From an uncultured Chthonomonadaceae bacterium (lineage in GTDB: Bacteria > Armatimonadota > Chthonomonadetes > Chthonomonadales > Chthonomonadaceae), in contig CAWFQB010000006.1 of NCBI GenBank assembly GCA_963817895.1, positions 288,001 through 352,000 on the forward strand: a DNA stretch of 64,000 bases, given 5' to 3'. The notes under the pieces were generated by a model. The model was given only the letters and a program-made list of their open reading frames with translations. It did not search any database and was not told the origin of the DNA. The translations under genes were made by a program, and so were the position numbers. Positions 53,837 to 63,084 of this stretch are shown here, piece after piece (positions within the stretch are counted from its first letter, which is position 1; every line of letters begins with the position of its first letter).

Positions 53837-54229
53837 CTATTTTTTGTCCGCGCCGGCGGTTGGAGCAGGCGTGGAAGCGGGCGCAGGAGTGGCAGGTTTC
53901 TCTACAGCCTTGCCGTCGGATTTGTTGTCAGCGGATTTGCTGTCGGCAGGTTCGCTTTTGGTTTCGGAACCGGGCTTGTCGGAACTGTTCTTGTCAACGC
54001 TGCCCTTTTCCGTTTCCGCCTTTTCCGCTTTGGCGCTGTCGCTGGTGTCGGGCTTGCGCGAGTCGTTGATGTACCAGCCGGAACCCTTGAACACGATGCC
54101 GACAGGATACAGCAGACGGATCACTTTGCTGCCACATTCGGGGCAGATTTCAATCGGATCGTCTTTCATCGCCTGAAAAACAGAAAATTCATGCTTACAT
54201 TCGGTACACTGATAGCCATAAGTCGGCAA
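53837..54229 (-). CDS. FmdB-family zinc-ribbon protein
   Basis: PTYGYQCTEC...CPECG...GIVFKGSGWYIND, low-complexity tail; probable TTG start. Confidence 0.9.
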   Translation of the reverse strand: MPTYGYQCTECKHEFSVFQAMKDDPIEICPECGSKVIRLLYPVGIVFKGSGWYINDSRKPDTSDSAKAEKAETEKGSVDKNSSDKPGSETKSEPADSKSADNKSDGKAVEKPATPAPASTPAPTAGADKK

Positions 54230-54290
54230 GGGAATCACCTCACAATTGTATTTGACGTTTCTCTGCCTGTATTATACCGCGTTGGGGGCT

Positions 54291-54704
54291 ATGCTGCGCG
54301 AACGCGCGGCAAATGGAAAAGGAACCGCATTGGGTACGAAAATCGCATTGCTTGTGCTGATGGCTGTTTGTGGCGGTGGGTGGGGCTATGTGGCCTGGAT
54401 GAAGCGGCGTCTGGATGTTGCGCTCAAAATGTTGGAAGAGCAGAAGACCCGGCAGCGCAGTCTGTCCGCGTCCTATGGCCGCATTACGGAACAATGGTTT
54501 CCCCTGATGGACAAGTACCCGTATGATTCCGCCAATTTCCGTTTTCTCGGCACGCCCGTAGATGGCGTTCAGTTCGAGGAAGACAGGATCGTATTCATCG
54601 AGTTTAAGTCCAACCGCTCGGAACTCTCTTCGGCGCAAAAGAAATTGAAGAAAATGGTCGAGTCGGGCAAGGTGACGTGGGAGGAGTTTCATTTCAATGA
54701 GTGA
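54291..54704 (+). CDS. Holliday-junction-resolvase-like PD-(D/E)xK endonuclease with an N-terminal membrane helix
   Basis: GRITEQWFP, FRFLGTPVDGVQF, FIEFKS...LSSAQ. Confidence 0.8.
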   Translation: MLRERAANGKGTALGTKIALLVLMAVCGGGWGYVAWMKRRLDVALKMLEEQKTRQRSLSASYGRITEQWFPLMDKYPYDSANFRFLGTPVDGVQFEEDRIVFIEFKSNRSELSSAQKKLKKMVESGKVTWEEFHFNE

Positions 54705-55980
54705 GGAGAAGATAGGGAAAAGGGAAGAGGGAAAAGGGAAAAGAGGGAGCGCTACTTTGCATGATGGAAACGAGACGGAAGCGCAGTCTTCCTTTTCCCT
54801 TTTTCCTTTTCCCTCTTCCCTTCCCCTGCTTATTCTCGGGCTGATGTCCGGCACGTCCGTAGATGGGATTGACGCTGCGCTGGTGGAGTTTGCGGGTCAG
54901 GGCGATACATTGACGTGGAACTTGCGCGGGTTTTCGTGTGTCGCGTGGCCTGCGGAATTGCGGGGGCGATTCTGGATGCCTGCCGCCCGGATGCGCCGTT
55001 GCAAACGATTACCGCGCTCAATGTTCGGATTGGCGAGGAGTTTGCAGAGGCGGCGCGAATCGCGGCGGAAAACGCGGGCGTTGCGCTGTCCGACGTGGAT
55101 TGTATCGCTTCGCACGGGCAAACGGTATGGCATCAGCCAACTCCGTTTGACATTGCGGGCATGGCGGTGACGGGAACGCTGCAAATCGGGGAACCGAGCG
55201 TGATTGCCCAACGGACGGGCTGCGTGGTTGTGGCGGATTTTCGTCCGGCGGATATGGCGGCAGGCGGGCAGGGAGCGCCGCTTGTGCCGTTTGCCGATTA
55301 CGCGCTCTTCCATTCCGCGCAGGAAACCCGCGCAGTTCAGAACATCGGCGGCATCGCAAACGTGACGTATCTGCCGGCAAAGGGCGTATTGGAAGACGTA
55401 ATCGCGTTCGACACGGGGCCGGGAAATATGCTGCTGGACGCGCTGGCGCAAACGGTAAGCGAAGGCCATTTGAATTACGATGCAGAAGGCGGCATGGCGG
55501 CGCGGGGGCATGTCTGCGTTCCATTGCTCAACCGCTTTTTAGAGGACGATTATTTTGCCCTGCCGCCACCCAAAACAACGGGGCGCGAACGGTTCGGACA
55601 GGCTTACGCCGAGCGATTTTATCAGGAATCGCAAAAACATGGCTGCAAGAGTGACGACATTCTGGCAACGGCGACTCGCCTGACAGCGGAAATTATAGCC
55701 TGCGCTTATGCGGATTGGCTGCTGCCGCGTGGAAGGATTGACACGGTAATAGTCGGCGGTGGGGGCGTCCAAAATTTAACGCTGATGCGGCATTTGCGCG
55801 AACAGCTGCTGCCCGGCGCGTATCACCACTCATGCCGAATTTGGCCTGCCCGATGACGCTAAAGAAGCCGTCGCGTTCGCGCTGCTGGCGTATGAAACCC
55901 TGCATGGCCGCCCGTCAAACGCGCCTTCAGCAACAGGCGCAAAACAAGCGGTGATTTTAGGGAAGATTGTTTTGCCTTGA
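54697..55980 (+). CDS. anmK: Anhydro-N-acetylmuramic acid kinase (2 frameshifts)
   Basis: [60 protein letters not shown]. Confidence 0.95.
54714..54825. repeat. AGGGAAA heptamer inverted repeat within the anmK 5' end
   Basis: AGGGAAA-type units at 54714-54743 and TTTCCCT-type units at 54792-54825. Confidence 0.8.
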
Positions 55981-56006
55981 CAAACGCCTGCCGGGTAGAA
56001 TATAAT
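55977..56006 (+). promoter_or_regulatory. sigma70-type promoter for purA
   Basis: TTGACA-N18-TATAAT. Confidence 0.7.
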
Positions 56007-56193
56007 TGACAAAGTGGTTAGGCCAGGCCCTCAAATGGATAGCGCATGCTATCCATTTTGCGTTGAGGGACTCAGCAATCGCCTCCGAATCCCCTCTCAC
56101 GTCCATTCCTGATTTAAGCGGCTGTAGTTGCGCGCGGCTGTTTAGAATGGCGAACCTGGCGGAGGGAAAAGGGAGGAACGGACCGCCCCGAAG

Positions 56194-56253
56194 TGAAGGA
56201 TGAAGGAGGAAGGATGAAGGATGAATGGGTATTGTGCTTCATCCTTCATCCTT
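56194..56253. repeat. GAAGGAT heptamer inverted repeat
   Basis: TGAAGGATGAAGGAGGAAGGATGAAGGATGAA...TTCATCCTTCATCCTT. Confidence 0.8.
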
Positions 56254-56291
56254 TGAGCGGTTACGTCTCGTCCGGGGTAGGAGAGCGATAG

Positions 56292-57596
<1,305 letters not shown>

Positions 57597-57599
57597 TTG

Positions 57600-57667
57600 A
57601 CCTCACTGGGCGTTCACTTGTGGACATACTGCCTCTCCTAGCCGCGCAACGCGCTAGGAGAGGGGCT
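57600..57667. repeat. Variant copy of the 50776 REP-like hairpin, probably also the purA terminator
   Basis: CCTCTCCTAGCCGCGCAACGCGCTAGGAGAGGGGCT followed by a T-run. Confidence 0.8.
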
Positions 57668-57717
57668 TTTCCCTCTGGCGCGACCCGCGCTTTCTGTGGA
57701 GAGTTTAGAAAATGAGG

Positions 57718-57747
57718 TTGACAGATGAGCCAGATTTGGGGTAGCAT
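57718..57747 (+). promoter_or_regulatory. Probable tRNA promoter
   Basis: TTGACA-N18-TAGCAT. Confidence 0.5.
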
Positions 57748-57792
57748 AAAGGAGTGTGTAGGAAGCGCGGAAATAATATTTCGGGCTGATAC

Positions 57793-57868
57793 GAGAGCAT
57801 AGCTCAGTCGGTAGAGCAACGCCCTTTTAAGGCGTGGGCCCTGGGTTCGAGTCCCAGTGCTCTCACCA
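57793..57868 (+). tRNA. tRNA-Lys(UUU)
   Basis: 76 nt cloverleaf; acceptor GAGAGCA/TGCTCTC, anticodon arm ACGCC-CTTTTAA-GGCGT, TTCGA T-loop, encoded CCA. Confidence 0.97.
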
Positions 57869-57879
57869 TTGGAAACAAT

Positions 57880-57917
57880 CAGGAGCGGCATCAAGTGTTT
57901 ACTTGATGCCGCTCCTG
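57880..57917. terminator. Hairpin between the tRNA and the convergent PEP-CTERM gene
   Basis: CAGGAGCGGCATCAAGT-GTTT-ACTTGATGCCGCTCCTG. Confidence 0.75.
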
Positions 57918-57950
57918 TACGTTTGGAGGCTTACTTTGCCTGGGCAGAAT

Positions 57951-58538
57951 TCAGGCGGCGTTGCGGGCCTGTTTGCGGCGGCGCAGGAAGGCGGCTCCGG
58001 CGAGGCTCAGGCCGGTTAGGAGGGCGAGAGAGCCGGGTTCGGGCACGGCGGCAGGGCGGAAACTCGTCAGTGCCAACGGATTGCCACCTCCCTCAGCGGT
58101 TGCGATTGTTTTAGGGGAAATACCGCGAGGTGCGCCGGAACCGTTATTGCCAAACAGGTTGAAGTCACCAAAGTTGGACTGGCCCACCAACTCCTGCGAG
58201 AAGTCTACCGGCCCTGGCTCCAAGCTTAAGCGATACCCCCCGCCTGAGACGCTGGAAGCGGAACCATCGAAATCCGACAGGGTGAACGTACCATTTCCCG
58301 AAGTGGCTCCCGAAATGGTGAGTGTCAGCGCCGTAATGAAGTTGCTTCCTCTCTGAAAGTTAATACCCGGATTGTTGATGAGCGACTCATCGAGGGTAAC
58401 AGTCCCGGTTCCCACAGCGGAATTGCCGTTGGGCGCTCCTGAATAGGACAGGTCGAAGGTAGCAATCTGCGCGTGAGCAGTGGAAGCGTACAGGGCAAGA
58501 CAAGCAAAGCAGGCAAGAGCGAGTTTCGCAAAACGCAT
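57951..58538 (-). CDS. PEP-CTERM sorting-domain protein 1
   Basis: AAGGAG RBS, signal peptide ending AHAQ, VPEPGSLALL-hydrophobic helix-LRRRK. Confidence 0.93.
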   Translation of the reverse strand: MRFAKLALACFACLALYASTAHAQIATFDLSYSGAPNGNSAVGTGTVTLDESLINNPGINFQRGSNFITALTLTISGATSGNGTFTLSDFDGSASSVSGGGYRLSLEPGPVDFSQELVGQSNFGDFNLFGNNGSGAPRGISPKTIATAEGGGNPLALTSFRPAAVPEPGSLALLTGLSLAGAAFLRRRKQARNAA

Positions 58539-58620
58539 AAACAAAACTCCTTTGTGAGAAGGGATGAAAGCATACAGAAGCGGCGAGGGTATCCAAAAGA
58601 CTACCGTTACCTCTATGTAT

Positions 58621-58637
58621 TGCAAGATTCATGCCAA
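58621..58637 (-). promoter_or_regulatory. sigma54 -24/-12 promoter
   Basis: TTGGCATGAATCTTGCA on the minus strand (GG-N10-GC). Confidence 0.8.
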
Positions 58638-58899
58638 ACCGCCACTTTTGCGCCCTTTGCTCAATTATTTCTGCAAAATCCCGCATTTCGCCATTGGAGA
58701 AACATTTCAGCAGACACAAACTTACGCACACATGGGACTGTACAAACATGCGGCTTGTGGCTTTGGCAGGGAAGGGGATAGACTTGCGCCTGACTTTATG
58801 GAAGCACGAAGCCCCTGCAAGTCTCGCAACTCCTCCTCGGCGTATCAAGCCGTTACTTGATGCCGTTTGAGAAGGGAAATCCACGCAAATTCGCTGTTT

Positions 58900-58968
58900 T
58901 CAGTCGGTAGAGCAACGCCCTTTTAAGGCGTGGGCCCTGGGTTCGAGTCCCAGTGCTCTCACCATTGG
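58900..58968 (+). repeat. att-like perfect copy of tRNA-Lys from nt 12 to CCA+4
   Basis: Lacks the 5' acceptor strand; identical to 57804-57872. Confidence 0.93.
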
Positions 58969-58979
58969 TTGATAAGCGT

Positions 58980-59011
58980 GACGGGGTAGAGTATCCAACT
59001 CTACCCCGTCA
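58980..59011. terminator. Hairpin after the att copy
   Basis: TGACGGGGTAGAG...CTCTACCCCGTCA. Confidence 0.65.
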
Positions 59012-59093
59012 TTCGTTTGGGCAGAGTTTCAGACTCTAACGGGCAACGTCTCCGCGATAAAGTACGCTTACAACCCGATTGGAGAACCAAACG

Positions 59094-59880
59094 ATGCTTC
59101 TACACGATGCCGTCGCCGATTACCTGCGCTTCCTCAAACATGAGCAGACGCGCAACGGTGACCACCTTCCGCACCTATCAAAGCGGATTGAACAGTTTCC
59201 TGCGCTGGCTGACGGAAAACGGCCATGCCAACGCTTCTGCGTTCGACTTCAACGTTTCCACCCTGCGCCGCTATCTGTACTTTCACAGTGAGCGCGGTCT
59301 GCGGCCCCGGACGCTGCGCGGCAGGTTCCATCCTATCAAGGCGCTGGCGACCTTCCTTGTCAACAACGGAGCCATGCAAGCCGACCCGACCAAAGCCATT
59401 ACCCTGCCGAAGAAAGACTTGGCGCAACGCCTGACGGTCAGCACAGAAGAAGTCTGCGCCCTGCTGGACGCCTGCGAACGGGTTGCCGACTTGCAGCGCG
59501 TGGCAATGTACCGCGTCGTTCTTTCGGTTCTCATCTTCGGCGGGCTGCGCCGTCAGGAGTGCCTTGATCTGTGCGTAGCGGATTACGACGCCGGGGAGGG
59601 TTGCTTGATTGTGCAGCATGGCAAGGGCAACAAGCGGCGAACCGTGTACCTGTGCGATCAGGCGCGGCAATCCCTTGATGAATGGGTTGTGCTGCGTCCG
59701 AAGGGCAGTTCCCTCGACTGGCTGTTCCTGCTCGACAGAAGCCGCAGGGTAGGACAGGACGCGCTTGCAAACCTGTTGGAAGAAGTAAAAGCCATTGCGG
59801 GGTTGTGGGGCGCGACGAACACGGCAGTTCTGCGATACAGCCAGAAAGCCGCCGCCCTTGACTGCATGAAGCTGCTGTAA
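59094..59880 (+). pseudogene. XerC/D-like tyrosine integrase, C-terminally damaged (also a frameshift near 59150)
   Basis: SAM-like N-domain (DYLRFLK, TFRTYQSGL), GLRRQECLDL (catalytic R), HGKGNKRRTV (K); HxxR and LGH motifs absent. Confidence 0.85.
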
Positions 59881-60384
59881 GACAAACAAAGAGGGCTTAG
59901 GAGAACGCCAATTCCCCCAAGCCCCTCCCGATTGACACCGGGAAAAGTTCAAACATGAGAAGCCTGAACTGTTCCCATTCTACCCAATGGAAGGGAACCA
60001 AAACAATGCCTGCCTCGAAAATACCGCGCCCCTTGCGCCGTGCCGCCCGCTGGACCGACACGACGGCCTACGAAGTCACCGAAGCTGCAAAGATCAACAG
60101 CCTGCCCGATACGCCCCTCCCTTACGAACTGACACTTGCCGGGAGAGGCGAATACCTGCCGACACAGGGCAAGTTCAAAGAAGGAAGCCGTTCGCCTGTT
60201 CGCGCGCAGCTAATCGCTACCATCGCAAGACAGCCCGCAAGTCTCACCCCTTCCGGCCTGTACCAGAGTATCCCTGTGGACTCCGCAAAGTCCTGTGCGC
60301 GAAGGTTGACGTTCACAGGGCATAATAACGATGCGTGTAAAATAAATTACTGTATTTTCATGAAAGTATAGCAAAGCTAGCGGT

Positions 60385-60401
60385 TTGGCATGAATTATGC
60401 A
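60385..60401 (+). promoter_or_regulatory. sigma54 -24/-12 promoter
   Basis: TTGGCATGAATTATGCA (GG-N10-GC). Confidence 0.7.
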
Positions 60402-60625
60402 ATATGAGTTATAAATGGCAGCTTAATCTATGCCGAAATCCTGCTGCATTTCTCTGCGCCGTGGTCTTTTCAACTTGTAGGAGTTTTGTAGGAGTGTAAT
60501 GGCTATAATGTTCATGGCAGGGACGTCACAAACGATTTGACGCGCAGGAACATCCTTTTCGGCTATCTTCTGCCCTTCCTGATTATTGTGTTCTCACGAC
60601 ATGTTTTCACAAAGGAGATTTTCTC

Positions 60626-61408
60626 ATGCGCTACGGTAAACTAACGCTTGCATTTCTGCTCCTGGGCGGCTGCCTCTCTCATGCCGCGCAAGCCCAGTTC
60701 GTCTTCCCCAATCGCACCTCATCTTTCGATGTGACCTTCTCCAGTAACGACTTCTCCAACGCCAACGCCTTTTACCAGGTGACGCAAGACGCTTACTCAA
60801 CCAGTGGCCCTGCCACAGCTCCTGGCTATGGCATCAATCTAAAATCTGACCATTCGGGCTTGGCGTGGACAGGCTACGGGGGAACTGCTGTCTCCAACAT
60901 TGCGGAGACCTCGAACTTCGCCACGTCGGATCTGACCAGTGATGGAACCGTTGGCGGTTATACATTCAACTACAACACTCCCGAAGAAACCGGTTTTAAC
61001 AACAATGGGGGGTCGTTCGGCAATACCTGGATAGTTCGTCGAAACTTCGGCGGTCTCATTGGGCTGGAGTTTCAGGGTGGGGGAAGCGGCCTTATCGATG
61101 CCAACGGCTCTTATGCGCTAGATGTGTTGATCAACGGCGATTGGTCAAATCAGGGAACCGGGCCGCTCCAGACGGAATTTATTGGCATCAATCCCGCTTG
61201 GACCGTTGATACGAATTTTGTCTTCAATGGGACCAACACAGAATTCCGCGCACATGTCAGTCCCTACAACGCGCAGGACCCTAACCTGGACTTCATTCTT
61301 CACGGTACGGTAACCGTAACCCCTGAACCCTCCACGCTCGCCTTCCTGACCTGCTCTGCCCTGACCGGAGCCGCCTTCCTGCGCCGCCGCCGCAAAACAC
61401 GCGCGTAA
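60626..61408 (+). CDS. PEP-CTERM sorting-domain protein 2
   Basis: AAGGAG RBS, signal peptide ending AQAQ, TPEPSTLAFL-hydrophobic helix-LRRRRK. Confidence 0.93.
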   Translation: MRYGKLTLAFLLLGGCLSHAAQAQFVFPNRTSSFDVTFSSNDFSNANAFYQVTQDAYSTSGPATAPGYGINLKSDHSGLAWTGYGGTAVSNIAETSNFATSDLTSDGTVGGYTFNYNTPEETGFNNNGGSFGNTWIVRRNFGGLIGLEFQGGGSGLIDANGSYALDVLINGDWSNQGTGPLQTEFIGINPAWTVDTNFVFNGTNTEFRAHVSPYNAQDPNLDFILHGTVTVTPEPSTLAFLTCSALTGAAFLRRRRKTRA

Positions 61409-61444
61409 CGCCGCCTGAGCGTCACGCACAGCCAATGCAACAAA

Positions 61445-61481
61445 TCAGCCACAGCACCCGTCAAGGAGTTCTGTGGCTGAT
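61445..61481. terminator. Stem-loop after PEP-CTERM gene 2
   Basis: TCAGCCACAG...CTGTGGCTGA. Confidence 0.55.
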
Positions 61482-62100
61482 GTAGCTTTGGCACATATAT
61501 CCGCCGGTACATGTACCAGTGTCAGTAAAGAAAAGCCCCGCCTGTCGCAGAAAATACATCACGCGCAAAAAGACAGGTAGGACAACAAACATGGAGTACG
61601 AAGCTAGCCAGAACAACGCCCTTGCCGCCCTGCTGCGTGACACGCCCGCCGACACGCTGGACGCCATGCGCCTGCATCTGTTCCCGCCAACATTCAGGCC
61701 ATTCTAATCCACGCCGAACCACGCAGAACATCAAACGCCCCGCTCCATGTCACCTGACGCGAAACCGGGGCATATTCGCTGCACATCATGCAGACCGATG
61801 TACACATTAATATTTTAGATGAGGAACCGTGCGCCGACTGTTCACCCGAAGAATGGCGATAAGAGGCAGCGTACAGAATCATGGTTTTCTCCAATTGGAG
61901 AAAATTTCACGCAGACGCTTTTGAGCAACACTATTCAACGCACACCCTTCCAGCTTGCGCAATATTTCCGTAGTATCTATAATGGAATTGACTTTACCTG
62001 TGGAACTGCCCGGTCAAAGTCCCGCCTTTCGCGCCATCGGCCTAGAGCTTCCAACTCTTACCCGGCGAGCGTCAAGGTCATACACCCCGAATACAGCTTT

Positions 62101-62164
62101 TCAGTCGGTAGAGCAACGCCCTATTATGGCGTGGGTTCCAGCTTCGAGTTCCGGTGTTCTCACA
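62101..62164 (+). repeat. Degenerate att-like copy of the tRNA-Lys 3' part
   Basis: TCAGTCGGTAGAGCAACGCCCT exact, then mutated anticodon loop (CTATTAT), T arm and acceptor strand. Confidence 0.88.
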
Positions 62165-62245
62165 AACAAAATATAGGGAGCGGTGTCAGGTAAAAACTTG
62201 ACTCCGCTTTTGTACGTTTGGCAGATGCGTATGTACATGCAAAGG

Positions 62246-62912
62246 TCAGGCGGCGTTGCAGGCCTGTTTGCGACGGCGCAGCAAGGCGGCTCCGACTGCG
62301 CTCATACCCATAAGAAGGGCGATACTGCCGGGTTCGGGAACGGCGGTGGGTGTCACGACGATGTTGTCAAACTGATAGTAGTTACCACCAGAGCCAAAAA
62401 TTAACGGATGTGAGATTGGTGAAATCGCTGCCGAAGGGGAGAGTTTCGAGACTGTTGTTAGTTCCATGCGTGTAGGTCTTTGTCACCGTCGCGCCACCGG
62501 CCTTGTTGCCGGTGAAAATGACTGTCGCGCCCTGAGGCACAACAGATTGCAGAAGTACGTTGGCAAGATCAACGGAATTCAGGTTAAACAAATTGCCGTT
62601 GTTTTGTGTCAGTATCTTCGCGCTTATATCTGTAACGGTATAAAGCGCCACGGAACCAGTATAGTTATAGCCGATGCTGTTACCGTTAGGGGCAACGCTC
62701 TCGAGGGGATTAGTTTTGGAGGTGTTTGTGACGGTGAAGCCATTTTGGGTAACAGAAAAGCCCTGCGAATTGTCGCCGTCACTGTTAATGGGATTAGGAA
62801 GAGAGTTGAAGTCGAGCGTCACCTGGGCGTGGGCAGGAAGGGAGAAGAGGGACAACGCGCCAAGAGCGCAGGAACCAAACGCAGCAGCAAGGCCGGAATG
62901 GCGAGAACACAT
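62246..62912 (-). CDS. PEP-CTERM sorting-domain protein 3 (frameshift in homopolymer near 62398)
   Basis: AAGGAG RBS, signal ending AHAQ; ORFs 62382..62978 and 62246..62467 join; VPEPGSIALL...LRRRKQACNAA. Confidence 0.9.
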
Positions 62913-62990
62913 GAAAGTAACTCCTTTGGGAAAACAGGTGAAAGCAGAGAAGCAGTAGGGCATCCAAGAGACTACCATTACCTGTACTCT

Positions 62991-63007
62991 TGCAAGATTT
63001 ATGCCAA
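62991..63007 (-). promoter_or_regulatory. sigma54 -24/-12 promoter
   Basis: TTGGCATAAATCTTGCA on the minus strand. Confidence 0.8.
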
Positions 63008-63084
63008 CCGGCTACATTCACGCCAATTCCCTGTTAATTCCTGCAAAAATTCATGTTCCGCCAGTGGTTAAGAGATAATCGTCA

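Larger units (their letters stand above)
57804..58968. mobile_element. About 1.1 kb integrase-less module bounded by 69 bp perfect direct repeats of the tRNA-Lys 3' part
   Basis: 57804-57872 is identical to 58900-58968; carries one PEP-CTERM gene. Confidence 0.8.

Noticed and set aside
56070..56166. HDV-like ribozyme in the purA leader (CATTC...GAATG-GCGAA resembles P4 and J4/2)
   Set aside because: Could not place P1, P3 and P1.1 in the required order
56013..56291. Known purine, ZTP or PRPP riboswitch
   Set aside because: Consensus core nucleotides not recognised; kept only as an unknown structured leader
59955..60371. 138 aa ORF after the integrase, and the short ORF at 61590-61707
   Set aside because: No recognisable motif; may be remnants of element genes but cannot be supported
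58900..62164. Second and third tRNA-Lys genes
   Set aside because: Both lack the 5' acceptor strand and the third has a mutated anticodon loop and T arm; treated as att remnants
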